64,000 bases of DNA from a bacterium (GTDB taxonomy: Bacteria > JADJOY01). The stretch covers positions 1 through 64,000 of the forward strand of contig JAXLQJ010000027.1 in NCBI GenBank assembly GCA_046331705.1. Reading direction: 5' to 3'. How positions within the stretch are numbered: position 1 is the first letter of the stretch; every line of letters begins with the position of its first letter. Positions 22,105 through 32,387 of this stretch are shown in pieces. Both the position numbers and the translations under genes were made by a program. The notes beneath the pieces are model-generated. The model was not told where the DNA came from. It worked only from the letters and a program-made list of their open reading frames with translations, and did not search any database.

Positions 22105-22260
22105 ATGAGCATCAACGCCGCGCTGCACTCCGGATCGCGGTGCTATTTCTTCGCCGGGAAACGCTACATCCGTGCGACGCGCGGGGACACTGGGGCCGGA
22201 ACCGTGGATCCGGGCTCCCCGCAGCTGCTATTCGAGTGGCATTGGCGCGGAGATTCGGCG
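22105..22260 (+). pseudogene. remnant of a hemopexin-repeat protein
   Basis: MSINAALHSGSRCYFFAGKRYIRATRGDTGAGTVDPGSPQ..EWHW matches a hemopexin blade (DAA..YFFKG..Y.R...VDPGYP..I...W), after which similarity is lost. Confidence 0.55.
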
Positions 22261-22475
22261 GCCGTGAGTTCAGTCGCGTGCACTTCAAATCGCGGGTTGG
22301 GATCACCACGACGATCACCACCTTTCTGGACGATCAGTTCGCGGGTATTCGCGATCTCTATACGGGCCCGCGTCAGGGGCGCGCCCCGGTGGGCAGAGCG
22401 GCCGAGTCCGGAGTGCCGGCCCGGACTGCGCGCGAGAGTGAGTGACGCGCGGCGCCGGCCCGTGGGGTCGGCGCG

Positions 22476-24182
22476 CTACGGCGCGCGCGGTGTGGTGAGG
22501 TCGTAGATGCGGATCCGGTCGTCGCCGCGCTCGGCGGCGGTGCGGATGAAGTCGAGCGTGCCCTGGAAGTCGAAGTTCATCTCGAACTTGGGCTGAAGGA
22601 AGCGGCCGGTCGGGTTCGGGAAATCGGCGACGGGGGTGCGGCCGCGGATCGCCGATTCGTAGACGCGGAAGCGATCGGCGAACTTCGGGTTGAAGCGCAG
22701 CGCGGCTTCCGCGACGTCGGCCACGAGATAGCGATGGCCGGCGCGCACCAGGCGGTCGAGCTCGGCCTCGGTCTCGGGAACGAAGCGCGCCGCTTCGCCG
22801 CTCGTGTAGACCTCGGACACGTACGCCTGGGTGCTCACGTGGCGCACGCCGCCGTGGGCGCGTAGCCAGGCGATCGCTTGGGGCCACGCGTAGCGCGCGG
22901 CGCGGATCTCGACGGCGCGGGTCAGCATCTCGCCACAGGCCACCAGCCCGAGGACGAGCGCCACCGTTCGCGCTCGCGGGCTGCGGTCGCGAAGCCACGC
23001 TGCCGCGCCGACTCCGATCGCGATGGCCCCCGCGAACGTGAGCACCACGCCGTAGCGCATGTGCGCCACCCGCGAGACGCTGAAGAGCGCAGCCGGGATG
23101 ACGAGCAGGCCGATCGGTAGCAAGCGTGCGATGCCGCGTAGGCGCGCGCAGCCCACCAGCCCCACCACGAGCGCCGCGCTCCACAGCCAACCGTTCACCT
23201 GCGTCAGCAGGTAGGGGTAGGTGGGCCAGTTGGCGGGGTTGAGCCCGCCGCCGGAGCCGAGCGCGAATTGGTAGAGGTTTTGCTCCAGGTAGGTGTGTAC
23301 GGGAAGCGGGGACGCGAGCCTGCGGTTGAGCAGCAGCACGCCGTAGTAGGGAAGCTCGGCCGCAGCGAGCGGCAGCGCGGCGAAGAGCGCGAAGCGGCCG
23401 ATTCGCGCCAGGAATCGATCGAACGGCAGCGTGGCCGTGCGCCAGGCCTCGATCTCGAGTGCCAGGAAGAGCGGGCCGAGAATGGCCCAGCGCGCATGGC
23501 TGAGCAGCATCAGGCCGAGGGACAAGCCTGCCAGCGGGACCCCGCGGATGGGCTCGGTTTCCAGTCGCTCGCGACTGCGCAGATAGAGATTGAGCGCGAC
23601 TCCCACGAAGAAGAGCGACGCGCCCTCGGAAAAGCCTTCCCGCGAATAGAGGACGTGATACGGGGCGAAGGCAAGGGCGAGGGTGGTGATCGGTGCGGCG
23701 ATCTCCCCTGCGCCGAAGCGCGCGCCGAGTCGCTCGGCGAGCCGTCCCGCGAGCGGGATCGTGAGCCAGCCCAACAGCGCGCTCGCGAGGCACGCCACGA
23801 ACGGTACATCGCCCACCAGCCCCATCAGCGCGACCGTCGCGGCGGTGTGCGCGGGGCGGCCGTAGAACGGCGGCTGACCGATGGTTTCGGCGCGAATCCG
23901 CGCGATCTCGGGCTCGAGCTTCCACAGGTCCTGGCCCGTGCGCCGCTCGTCGATCCAGCGCCCGGCGCTCGCACGCAGCGCGCGGGCGCCGGTCGTGAAG
24001 AACCGCGCCTCGAGCTGCATGTATGCGTCGTCCCACAGGATCGGTCCCGAATCCTGCAGATCGGCGAGGCGCAGCCAGCCGCCCACGCCCATGGCCACCA
24101 CCAGCATCGCCAGCCGCAACCGCACGCGGCTGCGCTGCGCGCGGGCGGCGTCGACGGTCGACGTTGCCGAAGCGGCGCTCAT
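22476..24182 (-). CDS. GT-C / ArnT-like (PMT_2) membrane glycosyltransferase
   Basis: WDDAYM acidic loop after TM1, PYHVLYSREGFSEG, many TM helices, C-terminal soluble domain. Confidence 0.7.
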   Translation of the reverse strand: MSAASATSTVDAARAQRSRVRLRLAMLVVAMGVGGWLRLADLQDSGPILWDDAYMQLEARFFTTGARALRASAGRWIDERRTGQDLWKLEPEIARIRAETIGQPPFYGRPAHTAATVALMGLVGDVPFVACLASALLGWLTIPLAGRLAERLGARFGAGEIAAPITTLALAFAPYHVLYSREGFSEGASLFFVGVALNLYLRSRERLETEPIRGVPLAGLSLGLMLLSHARWAILGPLFLALEIEAWRTATLPFDRFLARIGRFALFAALPLAAAELPYYGVLLLNRRLASPLPVHTYLEQNLYQFALGSGGGLNPANWPTYPYLLTQVNGWLWSAALVVGLVGCARLRGIARLLPIGLLVIPAALFSVSRVAHMRYGVVLTFAGAIAIGVGAAAWLRDRSPRARTVALVLGLVACGEMLTRAVEIRAARYAWPQAIAWLRAHGGVRHVSTQAYVSEVYTSGEAARFVPETEAELDRLVRAGHRYLVADVAEAALRFNPKFADRFRVYESAIRGRTPVADFPNPTGRFLQPKFEMNFDFQGTLDFIRTAAERGDDRIRIYDLTTPRAP

Positions 24183-24230
24183 GGGCGGCGCACTTTACTT
24201 GGGGGAACCCGCGCATGTAGTCCTGCGGCG

Positions 24231-26264
24231 ATGCGCCGATTCGCCGCCGCGATGCTGGGACTCGTGCTCGTCGCCGCGGCGCGCTGCGGCTCCGATGGGC
24301 CGCCGCCGCACGCCATCGCCGGTGCCACCGCGCGCTTCGATCTGAGCGCGGCTGGTGGGTTCTACGATCTTCCGTACCCGTCCGATCTCCGTCGCGACGC
24401 GGACGGCACCCTCGACTTCCACGACTTCCCGTATCCGGCCTCGAGCCCGGTGGCGTTCCTGCTGAAGCGCTACGTCGATCTCGCCGACGGCACGACCGGA
24501 GCCGGGCCGAGCGCGGCGCTCTTCTTCGCGTTCGACGCGCCGCTCGATCCAGCGTCCTTGCCGGGCACGCCGGAATCGGCGCTCGATGCCGCGTCGTCGG
24601 TGCAGCTCGTGGACGTCGATCCCGGGAGCCCGCATCTCGGCCAGCGCTGGCCGCTCACGATGCGATTTCGCGCCGACGCGCAGACGTATGGCCCGGCGAA
24701 CCTGCTCGCGATCCTGCCGCGTCTGGGTTTCCCGTTGCGACGCGCCACGCGCTACGCGGCGATCGTCACTCGCGAGGCGCGCTCCGCCGATGGCGCACCC
24801 CTCGGTAGCCCGCTCGCACTCGAGGAGCTCAAGCGCGGCCGTGTGCCGGCGGGAGAGCGTGGCGCCGCGGCGCTCGCGCTCTACGAGCCCGCGCTCCGCG
24901 CGCTGGAATCGCACGGCGTCGCGCGCGAGCGGATCGCCGCGATGACGGTGTTCACCAGCGCCGATGCCGTGGGCGGCCTGCTCGCGATGCGCGAGTGGGC
25001 GCTCGCCAACGAGCCCGATCCCCGGCCCGAGTCAGCGCTCGCGCGCAGCGACGTCTTCGACGATTACTGCGTCTACGAAGGCCGCGTTCGCGTGCCCGTC
25101 TTTCAGGACGGCACGAGCCCATACACGTTCGCCGGCGGCGAGATCCACTTCGACGAGCGCGGCGCGCCGATCGTCCAGCGCCACGAGTCGGTTCGATTCG
25201 CCGTGACCACGCCACGCGCGCGAATGCCGTCGAGCGGCTGGCCGATCCTGCTCTACGAGCACGGCGGTAGCGGGACGTATCGCGAGGTGATCGAGCGTGG
25301 GGCGCTTCCCGATCCGCCCGCCGGCTCGGGGCCAGCGCAAGTGCTCGCACGCCGCGGCATCGCGGCCTTCGGCAAGGACGGCGCCACCAACGTGAATCGC
25401 GGCAACCCCACCGGCGGGCTCCTCTTCTTCAACTTCCTCAACCCGGTGGCGTTTCGCGACAACGTCCGGCAATCGGCGTTCGAGCAGACGGTGGCGGTGC
25501 GGATGCTGCGTGCGCTCGCGTTCGACGCGCGCGATTGCCCCGGTGCCGACACGAGCGCCGCTGCCGATGGGCTGGTCCACTACGACTCCGCGCACGTCCT
25601 CTTCATGGGCCACTCGACCGGCTCGACGGTGGGCCCGCCGTTCGTCGCCGTGGAGCCGGCCATCGAAGGCGCGGTGTTCTCCGGCTCGGGTGTCTCGTAC
25701 ATCCGCCAGGTTCAGTACAAATCGCAGCCGATCCCGCTGGCGCCGGTGGTGCGGCTCCTGCTCGCACCCGACGAGGACCTCGACGACTTCCGGCCATTCC
25801 TGAGCGTGATCCAGACCGGCTGGGAGGAGGCGGAGCCGCTCGACTACGAGCCCTACGTCGTGCGCGAGCCGCTCGCCGGCGCCCGCTCGCGCTCGGTGTT
25901 CGCGTCGTTCGGCATCCTCGACACGTACAATCCGCCGCCCGCCGAGAACCCGGGCGTCCCAGCGCTCGGCTTGGATGCCGTGGGCCCGCTCGTGGACGAT
26001 GCCATCCGCGACGATCTCGCGCTCTCGGGCCACGCCTTGCGCGACGCGCCGGTGCGCGGCAACGTGGTCGCGAGCGACGGCAGCGCGGCCACGGCGGCGG
26101 TTCGTCAGTTCCGCGCCGACTCGTTCACGAACGAAGGACACTACGTGCTCTTCCAGCTCGAAGACGGGAAGCACGCTTACGGCTGTTTCCTCGCGACGTT
26201 GGTGCGCGACGGAGTCGCGACGGTGCCGGGTGCGGCGAGCGACTCGATGGCGCCGTGCGAGTGA
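24231..26264 (+). CDS. secreted/lipoprotein alpha/beta hydrolase (lipase-like) with N-terminal Ig-like region
   Basis: Signal ..AAARC; PYPSDL; FMGHSTG nucleophile elbow; EGHY candidate catalytic His. Confidence 0.75.
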   Translation: MRRFAAAMLGLVLVAAARCGSDGPPPHAIAGATARFDLSAAGGFYDLPYPSDLRRDADGTLDFHDFPYPASSPVAFLLKRYVDLADGTTGAGPSAALFFAFDAPLDPASLPGTPESALDAASSVQLVDVDPGSPHLGQRWPLTMRFRADAQTYGPANLLAILPRLGFPLRRATRYAAIVTREARSADGAPLGSPLALEELKRGRVPAGERGAAALALYEPALRALESHGVARERIAAMTVFTSADAVGGLLAMREWALANEPDPRPESALARSDVFDDYCVYEGRVRVPVFQDGTSPYTFAGGEIHFDERGAPIVQRHESVRFAVTTPRARMPSSGWPILLYEHGGSGTYREVIERGALPDPPAGSGPAQVLARRGIAAFGKDGATNVNRGNPTGGLLFFNFLNPVAFRDNVRQSAFEQTVAVRMLRALAFDARDCPGADTSAAADGLVHYDSAHVLFMGHSTGSTVGPPFVAVEPAIEGAVFSGSGVSYIRQVQYKSQPIPLAPVVRLLLAPDEDLDDFRPFLSVIQTGWEEAEPLDYEPYVVREPLAGARSRSVFASFGILDTYNPPPAENPGVPALGLDAVGPLVDDAIRDDLALSGHALRDAPVRGNVVASDGSAATAAVRQFRADSFTNEGHYVLFQLEDGKHAYGCFLATLVRDGVATVPGAASDSMAPCE

Positions 26265-26276
26265 TCGGCGCGCTAA

Positions 26277-27740
26277 TACTACTGTGTCACAAGCTAGGGT
26301 CCGTTCGGTTGGTGCCCGCACCAGATGCAGGGCACGTCGTGAAGCAGCCTGCGAGATTGGTTGCGTCGCAGTGTCGGGATCGAATGAGGCACGTGACGTT
26401 CAGGCCGCACGGGGAGCGCCCCGTGGCTTGAAACCACGGGGTAGTGCAGCGGTTCGGAGGAAGGACAAAGGCGCAGGGGGGGAAAGCCGAGCGCGCTCGG
26501 CCACGAGGAAAGCATACGCCGCGATGCAGAGCGTCCCGTGGTGATGAAACCCACGCCAGCCACGGCCCTCGAAGTGATCCAGCCCGAGCTCGTCCTTCAG
26601 CTCCTCGTAGTCGCGCTCGATCCGCCATCGCAGCTTGGCGAGGCGCACGAGCTGCTCGACCGAGGTGGCTTCGTCGAGCGTCGACAGCCAGTACTTCGTA
26701 GGCTCGGTTTCGCCCACGGGCCACTCGATGCCCAGCCACTCGATGGGGCGGGGAGCAGGACGGTCGTAGTCGCGATGAGCCGGCCGCACCCGCAGCCATG
26801 CGAACCGCGACCGCATCGCTCCGCGGGTGCCTTCCCGCCAGGTCACCGTTCTCCAGGACCGCGCCGGCACGGTCTGAGAGAGCGCAGCAGCGCTCGTCGG
26901 TCGATGGGCGGCGCTACGGCGAACGCGATGAGGTGGACGTCCACGACCCGACCACCGCTTCGGCTCCAAAGGCTCGTCACCGGGTGGCCACACGCTCGTC
27001 TCGCCCGGGATCCCCACGACGTACGGGATCTCGGCTTCGCTCAGGCGATCCCGAAACGCCGTGATTTGCCCGTAGCCGGCGTCAGCGACCACGGGCGCTG
27101 GCGGCAGCTCGTCAAGGCGAAGCGCCGACACTTGGTCGAGCGCGATCTGCCACTTGGTCCGAAACACGATCTCGTCGGGTACGCCGACCGCGGCCCGGCG
27201 ACCTCGGTCCGCCGCCCAGCTCTCGGGCAGGTACAGATCGTAGGCTACCGGGATGCTCGCGACCTCGTTGGCGAGCGAGAGCGACACGGCGACCTGGCAG
27301 TTTTCCTGCTTGCCCAGCACACCGCAGTACTGGCGCGTCACACCGACAGAATGACGTCCTTTCTTCGGAAAGCCGGTGTCGTCGACGATCCACGCGGCCA
27401 CTGGACCATGGCGCTCGAGCGAGTCGAGTGCCATCTGCCGCGCCGTGCGCAGCACGACGTGATCGTCCCAGGGGGCGTGGGCCACGAAGTGATGCATGGA
27501 TTGATGGCGGGCGCGAACGTGGCGCGGATCGACGCGCGCCGCCATGGGCTCGATGCTCTTGCGTTCCCCCGGCAGACACAGGCCCGTGAGATAGGCGCGC
27601 AGCGGCTCGCGGCGATCGGCATGGCCGACGGCCGAGGCAAGCTGATCGAGGTATCGCTCGAAGCGGCGGGTCGCGGCATCCATGCTCCCGAGCGTGCCAC
27701 GGATGGCAACCGCGACGCTACACTTTATGACACAGTAGTA
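26277..27740 (-). mobile_element. IS701-family insertion sequence, intact
   Basis: Terminal IRs TACTACTGTGTCACAA (26277-) and TTATGACACAGTAGTA (-27740); direct repeat CTAA at 26273-26276 and 27741-27744. Confidence 0.92.
26400..27683 (-). CDS. IS701-family DDE transposase
   Basis: ERKSIEPMAA, IVDDTGFPKKGRHSVGV.RQYCG..GKQENCQ, VVADAGYG, RWRIERDYEELKDELGLDHFEGRGWRGFHHH. Confidence 0.95.
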   Translation of the reverse strand: MDAATRRFERYLDQLASAVGHADRREPLRAYLTGLCLPGERKSIEPMAARVDPRHVRARHQSMHHFVAHAPWDDHVVLRTARQMALDSLERHGPVAAWIVDDTGFPKKGRHSVGVTRQYCGVLGKQENCQVAVSLSLANEVASIPVAYDLYLPESWAADRGRRAAVGVPDEIVFRTKWQIALDQVSALRLDELPPAPVVADAGYGQITAFRDRLSEAEIPYVVGIPGETSVWPPGDEPLEPKRWSGRGRPPHRVRRSAAHRPTSAAALSQTVPARSWRTVTWREGTRGAMRSRFAWLRVRPAHRDYDRPAPRPIEWLGIEWPVGETEPTKYWLSTLDEATSVEQLVRLAKLRWRIERDYEELKDELGLDHFEGRGWRGFHHHGTLCIAAYAFLVAERARLSPPAPLSFLRTAALPRGFKPRGAPRAA

Positions 27741-28046
27741 CTAACGGCGCGCGCTCCACTCGGCGGGCGTGAGCGTGCGCATGGCGAGCGCGTGGATCTG
27801 GCTGCCCATCTCCTCGGCGAGGATCGAGTAGACGAGTCGCTGCCGCTCGATCGCGGACATGCCGGTGAATCGCTCGGAAACCACCACGATGTCGTAGTGG
27901 CCGCCGCCGCTCGCGGTCTTGTGGCCGCGATGCTTCGCGGAGTCGTCGCCGATGGTGAAGTGCGTGGGCGCGAGCGCCTCGCGCAGCTTGCGCTCGATGG
28001 TGGCCGGGGTTTCAGCGGTGACGTGCTGCGTATGCGTGTGCGGCAT
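27741..28046 (-). CDS. bolA: BolA family protein
   Basis: DDSAKHRGH...GGHYDIVVVSERFTGMS..ERQRLVYSIL...IHALA. Confidence 0.88.
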   Translation of the reverse strand: MPHTHTQHVTAETPATIERKLREALAPTHFTIGDDSAKHRGHKTASGGGHYDIVVVSERFTGMSAIERQRLVYSILAEEMGSQIHALAMRTLTPAEWSARR

Positions 28047-28075
28047 CCTGCGCTCCTCGCTCGAGGCTTGCGAGT

Positions 28076-28801
28076 CTAGCCCGTGGCGTCGTCCACGTGT
28101 GCGATCAGCTCGGTGAGCGAACCGATTCGAAGCACGCCGCCTGGTCCGGTGGGACGTCGACGCCGATCGAGCAGCAACGCTTTCACGCCGAGCGCGCGCG
28201 AGGCGATCGCATCCTCGATGGGATGGTCGCCCACGTGGATCGCCTGGCGCGGGCGCACGCCGTGCTTGGCGATCGCGAGGGCGAAGATCGAAGGATCGGG
28301 CTTCGCGACCCCCGCTTCGCTCGAGAGCGTCGTGCTCGCGAAGTAGCGATCGATGCCGAGCGCCGCGCACACTCGCCTGCAGCGGCCGTCGAAGTTGCTG
28401 ACGATGCCCATGGCGAGGCCGCGCGCGGCGATCGCGTCCAGGGTCGGCAGCACGTCGTCGTAGAGCTGCCACGCGCTCGCGCCGGCGAAGCGCTCGAAGA
28501 GTGCGTCGAAGTAGCGCTCGCGGTCGAAGTCGGGCGGCGTCCCGAGCGCGTCGAGCACGCGTCCCACCAGATCGCGCCACCACGCTCGTTCGAGGGCAAC
28601 GATCCGCTCGGCGGTCTCCCCCGGAAACGTCATCCGCGGCATCGCATGAAACGCGCTCTTGAACGCTGCCGCCCAGCGGGCCGGATCACGCGTCAGGCCG
28701 AGCTCGCGCGCATCCGCGGCGTACACCTCACCCACCGAGCCGCGCACGCGAAAGAGCGTGCCCACCGCGTCGAAGAGTACGAGCTCGATCGTGCGTGCCA
28801 T
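28076..28801 (-). CDS. HAD-IA family hydrolase
   Basis: LFDAVGTL, IVSNFD, KPDPSIF, HVGD...D. Confidence 0.9.
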   Translation of the reverse strand: MARTIELVLFDAVGTLFRVRGSVGEVYAADARELGLTRDPARWAAAFKSAFHAMPRMTFPGETAERIVALERAWWRDLVGRVLDALGTPPDFDRERYFDALFERFAGASAWQLYDDVLPTLDAIAARGLAMGIVSNFDGRCRRVCAALGIDRYFASTTLSSEAGVAKPDPSIFALAIAKHGVRPRQAIHVGDHPIEDAIASRALGVKALLLDRRRRPTGPGGVLRIGSLTELIAHVDDATG

Positions 28802-28918
28802 GGTTCCGCTCGCAACCTCCGACGGGGTTTCCCGATTCGATCGTCGATTCGAGCGCCGATTTGCGGCGGCTCAGACGAGCGTAGTACCGTTCGCGGGCGT
28901 CACGAACGGGAGGCTCGC

Positions 28919-29437
28919 GTGGTGTGGAGTCGCAGGCGATGGACGACGATTCGCTCCGCGTGCTTCTGCGTGGCGCTCGCCGCCCGGTCGGCGAGCGCGC
29001 AGGCGCCAGTCGACGCCTCCGCGAAGGATGCCACGCGGGCGGAGCCCGGACCGAGTGCGAGCGCGCCGGCCCGCACTTCCCCATCGAGCGCCGCGGGGCT
29101 CGAGGCCCACATCGATCCCACCACGCGCGAGCTCACCGCCGGTCCGGCCGAGGTCGCGGGAATGGCGGAGCAGGACCCCTGGCTTCGCAACGCACTCTCG
29201 ACCAGCTCGGATGGGCTCGTGGAGGAGCCCTCGCCGGGTGGCGGTTGGATGATCGACCTACAGGGGCGCTTCCAGAGCGTCGTGTTCGCCACCGTCGATG
29301 CGAGCGGGAACGTCGCCGTGCAACACGGGATGACCACCGCCGCGGCGCCGCTGCCCCACGCCGACGGCGGCGGCTGCAAGGTCGAGTCGCCTGACGAGAC
29401 GCGCGGAGTGCGGAACGATTGCCGTGGCGAGCGCTGA
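28919..29437 (+). CDS. small exported protein (IDP.T..L...LSTSSDGL....PGGG.MIDLQGRFQS family)
   Basis: GGAGG RBS then GTG; signal-like N-terminus; overlaps the downstream peptidase start. Confidence 0.65.
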   Translation: MVWSRRRWTTIRSACFCVALAARSASAQAPVDASAKDATRAEPGPSASAPARTSPSSAAGLEAHIDPTTRELTAGPAEVAGMAEQDPWLRNALSTSSDGLVEEPSPGGGWMIDLQGRFQSVVFATVDASGNVAVQHGMTTAAAPLPHADGGGCKVESPDETRGVRNDCRGER

Positions 29438-30458
29438 TGCCGTGCGCGCGGCGGGCGTCGCGCTGGGCGTCTGTCTCGGGATGGTCGTCTCGCTGGCGGC
29501 GACTCCGAGCGCGCGCGCGGCCACCCTCACCATCGTCGTGAACGATGGCGTCAACGAGGGTTTCAACGACACGACCCACGCGGACCCCGTCACGGGCAAC
29601 CCTGGCACCACGCGGGGCCAGCAGCGGCTCAACGTGTTTCAGGCGGCCGCGGCGGTCTGGGGCGATGCCCTCACGAGCCCGGTGACGATCCTGGTGCGCG
29701 CCCAATTCGACGTGCTCACGTGCAACGCCTCGTCCGCCGTGCTCGGCTCCGCGGGGCCGACGACCGCGCACCGCGATTTCTCCGGTGCGCCGATCTCGAG
29801 CACGTACTACGTCCAAGCCGTGGCCAACAGCCGTAGCGGCGTCGATCTGAGCGCCGCCAACCCGGACATCAACGCGACGTTCAACGTCCGTCTCGACGAC
29901 GCGGACCCCAACTGCCTCGGCGGTCTGACCTGGTGGTACGGAATCGGCGCGGCGCCCCAAGGCGGCGCCATCGATCTCTACACCACGGTGCTCCACGAGC
30001 TGGGTCACGGCCTCGGCAACCTCTCGCTCCACAACCTGGGCACGGGCGCCAAGCTGAACGGCTTCGACGACGCCTACCTGCGCCTGCTCTACGACGAGGT
30101 CGCCGGGATCGCTTGGCCGGCGATGACCAACGGTCAGCGGGTCGCGTCCTCGATCAACACCGGGAACCTCACCTGGCTCGGAGCCGCGGCGAACTCCAAG
30201 GCCGCGGCCTTCGGCGCTGGAACCACCAACGGGCACCTGAGGCTCTACGCGCCCAATCCCGTGCAGTCCGGGTCGTCGGTCTCGCATTGGGACACGGCAC
30301 TCACGCCCAACGAGCTGATGGAGCCGATCCTCACGTCCAACGCCGAGGACTACGTGACGTACTCGCTCATGGGCGACGTCGGTTGGGTCATGAGCCTGCT
30401 CTTCAAGGACGGCTTCGAGAGTGGCAACGTCCACTTCTGGACGGATCGCGTGCCCTGA
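29424..30458 (+). CDS. secreted zinc metallopeptidase (HExxH)
   Basis: VLHELGHGLG, YAPNPVQSGSSVSHWD, LMEP; signal peptide ARA-A; C-terminal LFKDGFESG tail. Confidence 0.8.
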   Translation: MASADAVRAAGVALGVCLGMVVSLAATPSARAATLTIVVNDGVNEGFNDTTHADPVTGNPGTTRGQQRLNVFQAAAAVWGDALTSPVTILVRAQFDVLTCNASSAVLGSAGPTTAHRDFSGAPISSTYYVQAVANSRSGVDLSAANPDINATFNVRLDDADPNCLGGLTWWYGIGAAPQGGAIDLYTTVLHELGHGLGNLSLHNLGTGAKLNGFDDAYLRLLYDEVAGIAWPAMTNGQRVASSINTGNLTWLGAAANSKAAAFGAGTTNGHLRLYAPNPVQSGSSVSHWDTALTPNELMEPILTSNAEDYVTYSLMGDVGWVMSLLFKDGFESGNVHFWTDRVP

Positions 30459-30567
30459 GCGGCGCAACCCCCGCGGGGCTGGGTCGCGTCGCGTCGCGAA
30501 CGGCTGGCGGGTTCGCGCCAAACGCGACGGCGAATCCGTCGCTGCGTTGCGGTGGCGCGCGGTGTGA

Positions 30568-31748
<1,181 letters not shown>

Positions 31749-31752
<4 letters not shown>

Positions 31753-32387
31753 CGCGTCGCCTCCGCGAAGCCCGCCACGTACGGCAAGCGCGCGGCGGTG
31801 GCGCGGATCTCGGGCGTGGCCACCAAGAGCGTGCGGGTGGCGTCCCAGGTGCCCTCGGCGAGCTGCTTGCGGGCGCCCTCGGGCATGCGCGCGGGGAAGC
31901 GACGATCGCGGCAGATCACCACTTGCTGGGCGAGATCGACGATGACCTCGGCGCGCGGCTCTTCCTTCACGAGCGCCTTGAGCTGGCTCAGGTCCTCGCG
32001 CGCGAGCGTCACCGCCGGCATGCCGAGGGTGGTGCAGTTGCCGAAGAAGATCTCGGCGAACGACTCGCCGACCAGCGCCCGGATGCCCCAGCGCTGAAGC
32101 GACTGCGGCGCGTGCTCGCGCGAGCTGCCGCAGCCGAAGTTTCGGTCGACGATCAGCACGCTCGCGCCCTGGTGGCGGGGATCGTCGAACGGATGACCGA
32201 GCGCTTGCCCGTCGGGGCCGACGCGCACGTCCTCGAAGACGTGGTTCTCGAGCCCCTCGAAGGTGATCCCCTTCATGAAGCGCGCGGGGATGATGCGGTC
32301 GGTGTCGATGTCGTCGCCGTCGACCGGCACCGCGCGGCCGCTCACCCGGTCGATCCTCGCCAATCCGGCTTCCGTCGCGTTGCTCAT
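31749..32387 (-). CDS. leuD: 3-isopropylmalate dehydratase small subunit
   Basis: DDIDTDRIIPARFM, NFGCGSSREHAP, SFAEIFFGNC. Confidence 0.95.
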
